Source: Vicinamibacteria bacterium (GTDB lineage Bacteria > Acidobacteriota > Vicinamibacteria > Marinacidobacterales > Marinacidobacteraceae). From it: DNA of 64,000 nt. The notes beneath the pieces are model-generated. The model ran no database searches. It had not been told where the DNA came from and saw only the letters and a list, made by a program, of their open reading frames with translations. Shown in pieces: positions 48,594-57,539 of this stretch. How positions within the stretch are numbered: the stretch's first letter is position 1; every line of letters begins with the position of its first letter. The position numbers and the translations under genes are program-made. The stretch spans positions 640,001-704,000 of the forward strand of contig OZ219816.1 in the NCBI GenBank assembly GCA_964291235.2. Direction: 5' to 3'.

Positions 48594-49673
48594 GTGAGGC
48601 CGGAGGAGCCGGGGGAAGGCCGGAATCACCCCGCCCGAGATGCCGGTCCGGAAGACCCCTCCTCAAACGCGCCACCGGCTTCCGCACCCGGAGAAGGGAA
48701 GGAAGCGGTCAGCGGGGAGGCGCCCGACCCGGGACCGGCGGCAAGCACCCAGGAGCGTGTCGAAGAGGCGCTCCGGCGCAGCGCGGCGCGGCGCGGCGAG
48801 GCATCCGAGTCCGCGGGTGAGCCGGAGGCATCGCCTGGATCGCACGCCGCGCCGGAAGTTTCCGCTTCGGAACACTGGAGGTGGACGATCCGGAGGCGCA
48901 TAGACGAAAGGAATCCGGATCCGGATCCGGAATCGGGAGCCGAGCCCGCGCCAGCCGCTGATCCGGGCGACGAGGCCGAACCTGGGCCCGCTTCGCCGGC
49001 GCCGGAAGTCCGCGAGCGGGTGGAGCGTCGTCTTCAGCAGGTTCTGGATCGCCGCGAGCCGCCGCCGGCGGAGGTCGGAGCGAGGCCGGCGGCGGTGTTG
49101 CCCGGCCCGTCCGGGTCCGGCTCTCCGCCGCTTCCGGAAGAGACCGAAACCCCCGCGACCTGGGACGCTTCCTGGGTCGAAGAAGGAGGCGAAAAGCGGC
49201 CCGAAGCGGAGGCGCCGCCGGCGCTCCCCCCATCCCGGTTCGCCGCCTTTGTCGCCACCTGCGGTTTCCTCGGGCGAGTGCCGGTCGCTCCCGGCACCGC
49301 CGGCGCGGCCGCCGGCCTGATTGCCTTTCTCCTGACCCGGAATCTGGACGGCGCCGTCGCCCTCGGCCTGTTGGCGGTTGCCACCGCCGTGGGAACGTGG
49401 GCCGGGGGACGTCACGCGAAGGACCTTCGCCACCCGGATCCGCGCTCCGTGGTGGTGGACGAGTTCTGTGGGATGTGGTTGGCTCTCGTCGGCACGAATC
49501 CGTCCTTCCTGGTCATGGCGGCGGCCTTCGTCGCTTTCCGGATTCTGGACATCTTCAAGCCGCCTCCGGTCCGGCAGGCGGAAAAGCTCCCCGGCGGGAT
49601 CGGCATCATGGCGGACGACCTGGTCGCGGGCGGCATCGTGCGCGTCATCCTCTTGCTCGCCCTGGGGATGTGA
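48594..49673 (+). CDS. pgpA: Phosphatidylglycerophosphatase A with a long disordered N-terminal extension
   Basis: C-terminal G..PVAPGTAG, DP.SVVVDEFCG, FRILDIFKP.P, GGIGIMADDLVAG. Start is uncertain. Confidence 0.85.
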   Translation: MRPEEPGEGRNHPARDAGPEDPSSNAPPASAPGEGKEAVSGEAPDPGPAASTQERVEEALRRSAARRGEASESAGEPEASPGSHAAPEVSASEHWRWTIRRRIDERNPDPDPESGAEPAPAADPGDEAEPGPASPAPEVRERVERRLQQVLDRREPPPAEVGARPAAVLPGPSGSGSPPLPEETETPATWDASWVEEGGEKRPEAEAPPALPPSRFAAFVATCGFLGRVPVAPGTAGAAAGLIAFLLTRNLDGAVALGLLAVATAVGTWAGGRHAKDLRHPDPRSVVVDEFCGMWLALVGTNPSFLVMAAAFVAFRILDIFKPPPVRQAEKLPGGIGIMADDLVAGGIVRVILLLALGM

Positions 49674-49787
49674 GCCAGCGGATCCTCTGGGAGGGGTCTT
49701 CTCCTGCTCCGCGCGAGCGTCCGCCCGGCCCGCCCGTGCGGCTGAGTAAATTTTCCGGGAGCCGCTCGTCTGACGGCTGAGGAGCGA

Positions 49788-51062
49788 CTGCCGCGGGGTG
49801 CGGCAATCGTGGCGGTCGGCACCGAGCTCCTCGCGCCTGCCCGCATCGACCGCAACACCCCGCTCCTGAAGGAGCGACTCTCCGGCCTGGGAGTGCCCGT
49901 TCGTTTCGCGGCGGTGGTGCCCGATGACGAATCGGTGATGGAAGCGACCCTGCGGTCGGCGCTCGGCCATTGCCGCTTCGTATTCGTCTGCGGCGGCCTT
50001 GGTCCGACAACCGACGACGTGACGCGAGTCGTCGCCGCCCGCGTCCTGGGAGTCCGCCTGCTCGAGGATCCCGCTTCGCTCGCCCGGATCCGATCCCGGT
50101 TCCGGAGCCGGGGGATGGAGATGCCGGAAGTGAACCGCCGGCAGGCCCTGATCCCCGACGGAGCGACGGCGTTACCCAACCCGGCGGGAACCGCGCCGGG
50201 GGTCCTGGCGCGGGCGGCTCGCGGAGCCTGCCTGGTGCTTCTCCCGGGGCCGCCGTCGGAGTTGATCGCGATGTTCGATGCCGAGGTACGGTCACGGCTG
50301 AGGGGTGACATCGGGCCGGCGACGGGTGAGGTGCGCGAGACGGTGGGGGTCGCCGGATTGCCGGAATCCGTCCTGCAGGAGCGGATCCTCGACCTCACTC
50401 CGGCGCCCGAGGCGCCGGAAGAACTCGCGATTCTCGCCTCCGGTGGGGAAATCGAACTGCGCGTTACCGGCCCGGCGGGACGGCGGCTGGAAGTCGGGCG
50501 GCTGGCCGATCGGATTGCCGCGCGGTTGGGCGGCGCGGTCTTCAGCCGGAAGGCCGGGGAGCATCTCGAACACGCGGTGGGGAGACTGCTCGAGCGGCGC
50601 GGAGAGCGCGCCGCATTCGCGGAGTCGCTCACCGGGGGCCTGATCGCCGAACGGGTCACCCGGGTGCCCGGATCCTCGGCGTGGTTCGATCTGGGTGTAG
50701 TGGCGTATGCCAACGACGCAAAGCGGGATCTCCTCTCCGTCCCGGACCGCGCGCTGGAAACCGAGGGGGCGGTCAGCGAAGCGGTCGCGATGGCGATGGC
50801 GGACGGTGTCTGCCGTCGTTCCGGCAACGCCTGGGGCGTTGCCGTCACCGGGGTTGCCGGGCCCGGCGGAGGAAGTCCCGAGAAACCGGTCGGCCTGGTC
50901 TGGATCGCGGTCAGGGGGGCCGTTTCCCGCGCGAGGCGGTTTCGGTTTCCCGGGGACCGGTCGCTCGTGAGGCAACTCACCGCGACGGCGGCGCTCGACC
51001 TCCTGCGGTCTGCGATGCTCGAGTGCGAGACCGAGGCCCGCTCCGAGAGAGACGCGGGGTAG
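49788..51062 (+). CDS. cinA: CinA (molybdopterin-binding domain plus NMN deamidase PncC)
   Basis: AIVAVGTELL, GGLGPTTDDVT, NPAGTAPG, LPGPPSE, AESLTGGLIA..VT.VPGSS, GAVSE, GVAGPGGGSPEKPVGLV. CTG start is proposed; the ORF track uses GTG 49809. Confidence 0.93.
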   Translation: MPRGAAIVAVGTELLAPARIDRNTPLLKERLSGLGVPVRFAAVVPDDESVMEATLRSALGHCRFVFVCGGLGPTTDDVTRVVAARVLGVRLLEDPASLARIRSRFRSRGMEMPEVNRRQALIPDGATALPNPAGTAPGVLARAARGACLVLLPGPPSELIAMFDAEVRSRLRGDIGPATGEVRETVGVAGLPESVLQERILDLTPAPEAPEELAILASGGEIELRVTGPAGRRLEVGRLADRIAARLGGAVFSRKAGEHLEHAVGRLLERRGERAAFAESLTGGLIAERVTRVPGSSAWFDLGVVAYANDAKRDLLSVPDRALETEGAVSEAVAMAMADGVCRRSGNAWGVAVTGVAGPGGGSPEKPVGLVWIAVRGAVSRARRFRFPGDRSLVRQLTATAALDLLRSAMLECETEARSERDAG

Positions 51063-51679
51063 TGGCTCCGCCGCCACGGCTCTTCGCGGCGCTATCGCTC
51101 CCGGACCCGCTCCGCCAGGAGTTCTTTCTCGCTTCGGACGCCATCGCCCGCTTGTTTCCGGCCGCCGTATTTCGCCGGGTCCCTCCCGGCAACCTGCATC
51201 TCACCCTGCGCTTTTTCGGTCCGGAGACGGGTCTGGTGGACCGCGCGCGTCTTGGGGCTCGCCTCAGAGCACGCCTGGCGACCGCCGGCCTCGGGCCTCT
51301 GGCCCTGAGAGCCTCCGAGGTCTCTGCCTTTGCGTCGCCGCGCCGAGCCCGGGTCATCTGGGTGCGGATCGAGGAGGTCGGGTCTCCCGAAGACGCCTCC
51401 GGGCGCCTGCTGCCCCTCCAGCGGGAGGTGGAAGCGGTGGCCCGGGACCTTGGCCTGGTTCAGGAGCGACGCCCTTTTGTCCCTCACGTGACGCTCGGAC
51501 GGCTCCGCACGCCGCTGGCGGTTCCCGTCGAGGCCCTCGCCGCGGCCCGGTCCGGTGCATCCGAATCCGCCTGGGCAGCTGCGTTCACCGTCCGGGAACT
51601 GGTGCTGTTCGCCAGCGTTCTCACCCCGGGCGGGGCGATCTACGAACCTCTCGACCGATTCTCGCTGGAAGCGGGCTGA
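51062..51679 (+). CDS. thpR: RNA 2',3'-cyclic phosphodiesterase (2H family)
   Basis: RLFAAL, two HxT motifs (NLHLTLRF, FVPHVTLGR), S.LTPGGAIY. Conserved pgpA-cinA-thpR order. Confidence 0.9.
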   Translation: MAPPPRLFAALSLPDPLRQEFFLASDAIARLFPAAVFRRVPPGNLHLTLRFFGPETGLVDRARLGARLRARLATAGLGPLALRASEVSAFASPRRARVIWVRIEEVGSPEDASGRLLPLQREVEAVARDLGLVQERRPFVPHVTLGRLRTPLAVPVEALAAARSGASESAWAAAFTVRELVLFASVLTPGGAIYEPLDRFSLEAG

Positions 51680-51690
51680 GCCGTCGCTAA

Positions 51691-51763
51691 CAGCCTTGTG
51701 GTGAACCCCCGCGAGCTCGAGCCCCACCGGGAGCACCGGGGCGTGGGGATCTGCCACGGGCTG
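51691..51763. mobile_element. MITE family A, short degenerate copy between convergent thpR and ribD
   Basis: CTAA followed by CAGCCTTGTGGTGAACCCCC...GGGGATCTGCCACGGGCTG. Confidence 0.55.
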
Positions 51764-51768
51764 TTCGT

Positions 51769-52926
51769 TCACGGGCCGCTGTCTTCCTCGGGCCCGGCGC
51801 TTTGCAGCCGGAACTCCGCGAGCAGGTCGGGGCCGAGACAGGCGTACCGCGCCGAGCGGTGGTCGGGCTGGGTCCGCGGCAGCTCCCGATGTTGCCCGGC
51901 CGGGGCCCGGGTCGCGTCGAAGAGTCCGGTGCCCTCGGCGCGGCCCAGAAAACGGGGCGCCAGGTAGAGCACCAGGCGATCGGCCAATCCCTGTTGCAGG
52001 AAGGCCGAGGTCAGCCGGGGTCCTGCCTCCACCAGGAGGGTGTGCGCACCGCGCCGGCCCACCTGCGCCAACACCGCTTCGAGCGCCATCGGCTGCATCA
52101 CGCCGTCCGCCGGCGCGGCGCCGCTACTGGCGACCGGAACCTCGATGACCTCGGCGCCCCGGCTCTCGATCCGCCGGCGGGCCCCCGCGGGAGCTCCGGG
52201 CGCGCACATCACGATCACCGGGTCCCGGTCGAGGCCGCGCAGGAGGCGCGCCTCGGGACGGATTCTGAGGCTTGGATCCAGGATCACCCGCAGCAGGGAG
52301 CGCGACCCGCGCCGGGGTCTGGGGGTGAGGAGCGGATCGTCCGCCGCCACGGTGGCGATGCCGCTGAGGATGGCGTCGTTTTCCCGGCGCAGCACCCTGC
52401 CGTGTTTACGGGTGCGCGAGCGGGTGATCCAGCGGGTGCCCGGCGGGGCCATCACCCCGTCCACGGAAATCGCGGCCTTCACCGTCACCCAGGGAGTCCC
52501 GGTGCGGAGGAATTTGAAGAACGACGGATTCAGGTCCTCCGCTTCCTGGCGGAGAATGTCCGTCACCACCTCGACGCCCGCGGCGCGGAGGCGATCGAAC
52601 CCTCCGCCACGCACTCTCGGGTCGGGGTCCGGATGGGCCGCTACGACCCGGCGGATGCCCGAAGCGATGATCCTTTCGGCGCACGGCGGGGTGCGCCCTA
52701 CGTGGCAGCAGGGCTCGAGATTCACGTAGAGCGTGGCGCCGCGCGCGGCGTTCCCCACCTTGAGCACCTGCGCTTCCGCGTGCGGGCGTCCGGCGCGTGC
52801 GTGGAATCCTTCGGCGAGAACTCGCCCGTCGCGGACCAGCACCGCGCCCACCGCCGGGTTGGGCGGCGCCGTGTACTGGCCCAGCCGGGCGAGCTCCAGC
52901 GCCCGCCGCATGAAGCGATCGTCCAC
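51769..52926 (-). CDS. ribD: Riboflavin biosynthesis deaminase/reductase RibD
   Basis: FMRRALELA, PNPAVGAV, HAE, YVNLEPCCH.GRTPPC, DPDPRV, V.ADDPLL, LLVEAGP. GTG start is inferred. Confidence 0.95.
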   Translation of the reverse strand: MDDRFMRRALELARLGQYTAPPNPAVGAVLVRDGRVLAEGFHARAGRPHAEAQVLKVGNAARGATLYVNLEPCCHVGRTPPCAERIIASGIRRVVAAHPDPDPRVRGGGFDRLRAAGVEVVTDILRQEAEDLNPSFFKFLRTGTPWVTVKAAISVDGVMAPPGTRWITRSRTRKHGRVLRRENDAILSGIATVAADDPLLTPRPRRGSRSLLRVILDPSLRIRPEARLLRGLDRDPVIVMCAPGAPAGARRRIESRGAEVIEVPVASSGAAPADGVMQPMALEAVLAQVGRRGAHTLLVEAGPRLTSAFLQQGLADRLVLYLAPRFLGRAEGTGLFDATRAPAGQHRELPRTQPDHRSARYACLGPDLLAEFRLQSAGPEEDSGP

Positions 52927-52986
52927 GGTGTGGATCGTATGGGCTCGCTTGCGCACGGTGCACGGATCGGACAATCTCCCCGCCGC

Positions 52987-53616
52987 ATGTTCACCGGTTT
53001 GGTCGTCGCCGTCGGAGACGTGCTGGAGGTGCGGGATCTCGACGGCGGGCGGCGCCTCACCGTCGGGCTTTCCGGCGAGTGCTTCGCCACGCTCGCGGTC
53101 GGCGACAGCGTCGCGGTGTCGGGAACCTGTCTCACCGCAGTGGCGGTGCGACCCGAGTCCGTCTCCTTCGAGGTCGCGGCGGAGACCCTCTCGCTGACGA
53201 CCCTGGGCGCGCTCCGGCCCCGAGGCCGGGTCAATCTGGAGTTGCCCCTGCGCGCCGCCGACCGGCTCGGCGGGCACTTCGTCCAGGGCCACGTGGACGG
53301 TTGCGGCGAGGTGATCGAGGCCGGCGGCTCCGACGCCGACTATCGGGTGCGGATCCGGCACCGCGAGCCTCGCTGGATCGTCCGCAAGGGTTCGGTCGCG
53401 ATCGACGGGGTCAGCCTGACGGTGTCCGCCTGCTCCCCGGCCGAGGCGTGCTTCGAAGTCATGCTGATTCCTCACACGCGCGCCGTGACCACCCTTGGCG
53501 CGCTCCGGCAGGGAGATCGCGTCAATCTCGAGTACGACATCCTCGCCAAATACGTTGGGGCCCTCGTTCAGAGCCCCGCCGGCGAGCCGGGAGGAACGGC
53601 GGGGGACGGAGGCTAG
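52987..53616 (+). CDS. ribE: Riboflavin synthase
   Basis: MFTGLV N-terminus, GDSVAVSGTCLT, VNLE, RLGGHFVQGHVD, KGSVAIDGVSLTV, LIPHT. Confidence 0.95.
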   Translation: MFTGLVVAVGDVLEVRDLDGGRRLTVGLSGECFATLAVGDSVAVSGTCLTAVAVRPESVSFEVAAETLSLTTLGALRPRGRVNLELPLRAADRLGGHFVQGHVDGCGEVIEAGGSDADYRVRIRHREPRWIVRKGSVAIDGVSLTVSACSPAEACFEVMLIPHTRAVTTLGALRQGDRVNLEYDILAKYVGALVQSPAGEPGGTAGDGG

Positions 53617-53623
53617 ACCAGGG

Positions 53624-54000
53624 CTAGACGGGATTTCTCATACGCACGGCCCAAGGTGCCGCGCAGATCACGCCGCTTGTCGCCACTCGCACTCGCGGGC
53701 CGAAGGCAAAGGAACCCCCACCGGGAGAACTGGGCCGGCCTCCAGGCCGGCACAGCCCCGCGCAGCGGGGCGGCGGAACGGACCCGCGCGCTCGCGGATG
53801 TTCCCCGTCTCGGAGTAGTCCCCGACAGGGAAGATGTCGTGCAGGCCCAGGGACCGCCTGCCGATTCTCCCGGTACGGGCCTCTGACCGGCATCGCGGTC
53901 CGCGGGCGGTTCCTTGCCGATCGGCTTCACGGGATGCACGCCACGAGTGGCCTCTGCCTGCGTCGCCCTCGGTGCCGTGAGTATGAGAAACCCCGGCTAG
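53624..54000. mobile_element. MITE family B between ribE and ribBA
   Basis: Terminal inverted repeats CTAGACGGGATTTCTCATACGCACGGC / GCCGTGAGTATGAGAAACCCCGGCTAG, with CTAG at both ends. No credible ORF inside. Confidence 0.7.
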
Positions 54001-54076
54001 ACTGCAGGCCCAGGGACCCCTTCTCGAGTCGGATCTGAAAGGGGCTCCCGGGGCCCGACGAACGAGGTGTTTCCGA

Positions 54077-55306
54077 GTGGCTGACAGGGCAAAGAGCGAA
54101 TCCACGCCGTTTTGGCCGATTGAGAGGGCCGTTCGCGAGATTGCCGCGGGACGGATGGTCATCGTGGTGGACGACGAGGACCGCGAGAACGAGGGTGACC
54201 TGACCATTGCGGCCGAAAAGGTCACCCCCGACGCCATCAATTTCATGGCCACGCACGGGCGCGGTCTCATCTGCATGCCGATGACCGGAGAGCGGCTGGA
54301 CGAGCTCGACATTCCGCCCATGGTCCGCGAGAACACCTCGGTCCACGAGACGGCGTTTTGTGTCTCGGTCGAAGCCCGGGAAGGGGTCACCACCGGTATT
54401 TCGGCCGCCGACCGGGCCCACACGATCCAGGTAGCGATCGCCGGGGAGACGCGGCCGGCCGACCTGGTGCGGCCCGGCCACGTGTTCCCCCTCCGTGCCC
54501 GTCCCGGCGGCGTGCTGCAGCGGGCCGGCCAGACCGAGGCCGGAGTGGATCTCGCGCGCATCGCCGGGCTGTATCCGGCGGCGGTGATCTGCGAGGTGAT
54601 GAAGGAAGACGGGACGATGGCGCGGCTTTCGGACCTGGTGGCGTTCGCGGAAGAGCACGGCATGGCCATCGTGAGCGTTGCCGATCTCATCCGCTATCGG
54701 CTCAGCACCGAGTCGTTGGTCCGCCGGCTGGCGGCGACCGTGCTGCCCACGCGTTTCGGCGCGTTCCGGACGGTCGCTTACGAGAACACCCTCGACGGAA
54801 CCAAGCATCTGGTGCTGCAGATGGGAGAGGCCCGCCCGAATACCCCGGTGCTGGTGCGGGTGCATAGCCAGTGCCTCACCGGTGAAGTCTTCGGCTCCAT
54901 GCGGTGCGACTGCGGACCGCAACTGGAGGCGGCCCTTGCCCGGATCGGAGAAGAAGGCTCCGGAATCCTGCTCTACCTGAACCAGGAGGGAAGGGGCATC
55001 GGCCTCGTCAACAAGCTGCGCGCCTATGCCGCGCAGGACGAGGGGCTCGACACCGTCGATGCGAATACCCACCTCGGATTCCGCGCGGACCAGCGGGAAT
55101 ATGGAGTCGGCGCGCAGATCCTTCGCGATCTCGGAGTGGGCCGCATCCGGCTGCTCACCAACAACCCCAGGAAGTTCGTCGCTCTCGAGGCGCACGGCCT
55201 AGTCATCGAGGAGCGGGTTTCCATCGAGGTTCCGGCGAACGAGCACTCCCGCGACTACCTGCGTACGAAGAAAAAACGGATGGGGCACCTCCTTACCGAG
55301 GTCTAG
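54077..55306 (+). CDS. ribBA: Bifunctional DHBP synthase / GTP cyclohydrolase II
   Basis: [84 protein letters not shown]. Confidence 0.97.
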   Translation: MADRAKSESTPFWPIERAVREIAAGRMVIVVDDEDRENEGDLTIAAEKVTPDAINFMATHGRGLICMPMTGERLDELDIPPMVRENTSVHETAFCVSVEAREGVTTGISAADRAHTIQVAIAGETRPADLVRPGHVFPLRARPGGVLQRAGQTEAGVDLARIAGLYPAAVICEVMKEDGTMARLSDLVAFAEEHGMAIVSVADLIRYRLSTESLVRRLAATVLPTRFGAFRTVAYENTLDGTKHLVLQMGEARPNTPVLVRVHSQCLTGEVFGSMRCDCGPQLEAALARIGEEGSGILLYLNQEGRGIGLVNKLRAYAAQDEGLDTVDANTHLGFRADQREYGVGAQILRDLGVGRIRLLTNNPRKFVALEAHGLVIEERVSIEVPANEHSRDYLRTKKKRMGHLLTEV

Positions 55307-55322
55307 GAAGGCGGGCTTCGCC

Positions 55323-55903
55323 CGGAGCGCCGGCCTCCGGCCGGCATCGCGGCCGGAGGCCGCGAAACTCCCAGACCCAGTCACTCCCGATGGCGGCAAC
55401 CCAAGCGAGGACGGCACGCCGTTCCCCAGCCGCACGAATGGCGCTGCGCCGTACTGCCGGGCTGCGGCGCCGCCCTGAACGAACAGGTGGGGGAGTTTCG
55501 CCTCGCTTCGCTCGGCGATGCCAGCCTGGAGGCTGGCGCTCCTGGCCGCGAAACTCCCAGACTCAGTCACCCCCGATGGCGGCAACCCAAGCGAGGACGG
55601 CACGCCGCTTCCCGGCCGCACGAATGGCGCTGCGCCGTACTGCCGGGCTGCGGCGCCGCCCTGAACGAACAGGTGGGGGAGTTTCGCCTCGCTTCGCTCG
55701 GCGATGCCAGCCTGGAGGCTGGCGCTCCTGGCCGCGAAACTCCCAGACCCAGTCACCCCCGATGGCGGCAACCCAAGCGAGGACGGCACGCCGCTTCCCG
55801 GCCGCACGAATGGCGCTGCGCCGTACCGTCGGGCTGCGGCGCCACCCTGAACGAACAGGTGGGGGAGTTTCGCCTCGCTTTACTCGGCGATGCCGGCCTC
55901 CGT
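55323..55903. repeat. Three tandem 186-bp REP/REPIN-like palindromic units
   Basis: GGCCGCGAAACTCCCAG at 55358, 55544 and 55730. Bounded by GGAGCGCCGGCCTCCGGCCGGCATCGC and its inverted form GCGATGCCAGCCTGGAGGCTGGCGCTCC. Confidence 0.9.
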
Positions 55904-55953
55904 GCCCCCTTGGTACGATTCCCGCTGTCCCAACCCACCGAAGGGAGTGATTC

Positions 55954-56526
55954 TTGGCCAACACCTACTCGACGAACGAGTTCCGCAGCGGACTCAAGGT
56001 CCTTCTCGATTCCGACCCCTGCGTCCTGCTGGACTGCGAGTTCGTAAAGCCCGGCAAGGGCCAGGCGTTTGCCCGGATTCGCTACCGGAATCTCAAGACC
56101 GGCCGGGTCCTCGACAAGACCTTCAAGTCAGGCGAAAAGGTGGAAGCCGCCGACGTGATGGATACCGAGATGGAGTTCCTCTACAGCGACGGCGGAGAGT
56201 GGCATTTCATGGACCCGAATACCTACGAGCAGTACGCGGCCGCCCGCGTGGTGCTGGGCGGCCAGGAAAAGTGGCTGCTCCAGGGCATGAACTGCGGCGT
56301 CACGCTCTACAACGACGCCATCCTGCTGGTTCATCCGCCGCACTTCGTTGACCTCAAGGTGGTGGAGACCGAACCCGGGATCCGGGGCGACACCGCGACG
56401 GGCGGCTCCAAGAACGCCTCGCTGGAAACCGGCGCCGTGGTCAGGGTCCCCCTCTTCATCGAGGCCGGCGAGGTGCTTCGCCTCGACACCCGTTCCGGCG
56501 AGTACGTGTCCCGGGTCAAGAACTGA
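55954..56526 (+). CDS. efp: Elongation factor P (PGKG, lysine type)
   Basis: [55 protein letters not shown]. Confidence 0.97.
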   Translation: MANTYSTNEFRSGLKVLLDSDPCVLLDCEFVKPGKGQAFARIRYRNLKTGRVLDKTFKSGEKVEAADVMDTEMEFLYSDGGEWHFMDPNTYEQYAAARVVLGGQEKWLLQGMNCGVTLYNDAILLVHPPHFVDLKVVETEPGIRGDTATGGSKNASLETGAVVRVPLFIEAGEVLRLDTRSGEYVSRVKN

Positions 56527-57470
56527 GCGAGACCGTCAGCGGCGGTGGGGGGCCCTCGGCGCCCGTCGCCAACCTTCGGGAGCGCGCCCGGCTGGTGGCC
56601 CGTCTGCGGGCCTTCTTGGGCGCCCGCGGCTATCTGGAGGTCGAGACCCCCATCCTCGGGCCCCATGCGGCCCCTGATCGCCATCTGGAGTCCGTCCCCG
56701 CGGCCGGCGGCTTTCTCCACACATCGCCGGAATTCGGCATGAAACGCCTGCTGGCGGCCGGCAGCGGCCCCATCTTCCAGATCGTGAAGGCATTTCGGAG
56801 CGGCGAATCGGGGCGCCATCACGCCACCGAGTTCACCATTGCCGAGTGGTACCGCCTCGGCCCGCTGGACGGCCTGCTGGGGGAAATGGATCTGCTCCTT
56901 GGGGATCTCCTCGGAACCCGGCCGGCGGAGCGCAAGACGTATCGGGAGCTGTTTTTGGCTGCCGTCGGAGTGGATCCCCTGTCGGCGCCCGACGCGCGTC
57001 TCGGAACGCTGGCCGAGGCACACGGCCACCCGGGCCGCCCCGACGACCGGGCCGGCGCGCTCGATTTTCTCTTCTCGCGCCTGGTCGAGCCAGGCCTTGG
57101 GGTCCGGGCGCCCACCATCGTGACCCGCTTCCCGGCGTCGCTGGCGGCGCTCGCCCGCCTGAGCGACGACGATCCGCGAACGGCGGAACGCTTCGAGGTG
57201 TTCTGGGCCGGCCTCGAACTCGCGAACGGCTACGACGAGCTTCGGGATCCGAAGGAGCATCGCCGCCGTTTCGACGTCGAAAACCGCGCCCGGGTCAGGT
57301 CGGGACGATCCCCGGCCGCCCCGGACGAGCGTTTCCTGGCCGCGCTCGACGACCCGGGACTGCCGCGCTGCTCCGGGGTCGCCCTCGGGGTGGATCGCCT
57401 CGTCATGGCCGCGCTGGGGGCGGCGCGGCTCGATGAGGTGGTCGCGTTCCGGGAAAACCCAGGCGCCTGA
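56523..57470 (+). CDS. epmA: EF-P lysine (R)-beta-lysine ligase
   Basis: [74 protein letters not shown]...[17 protein letters not shown] start is proposed. Confidence 0.93.
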   Translation: MSETVSGGGGPSAPVANLRERARLVARLRAFLGARGYLEVETPILGPHAAPDRHLESVPAAGGFLHTSPEFGMKRLLAAGSGPIFQIVKAFRSGESGRHHATEFTIAEWYRLGPLDGLLGEMDLLLGDLLGTRPAERKTYRELFLAAVGVDPLSAPDARLGTLAEAHGHPGRPDDRAGALDFLFSRLVEPGLGVRAPTIVTRFPASLAALARLSDDDPRTAERFEVFWAGLELANGYDELRDPKEHRRRFDVENRARVRSGRSPAAPDERFLAALDDPGLPRCSGVALGVDRLVMAALGAARLDEVVAFRENPGA

Positions 57471-57539
57471 CCCCTCGTACTCGGCTGTCCCGCTGCCGCC
57501 CGGTACACTGACCGGCTCTTTCCCGGAGGGAACCTTTTG

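Noticed and set aside
53617-54076. FMN riboswitch in the rib cluster
   Set aside because: The conserved AGGGCGGGGTGAAATTCCC and GGATGGGAGA motifs are absent. The region is explained by a TIR-bounded element.
55323-55903. CRISPR array or protein-coding ORFs in the 186-bp tandem repeat
   Set aside because: The units are near-identical along their whole length with no unique spacers. ORFs crossing them are low-complexity by-products.
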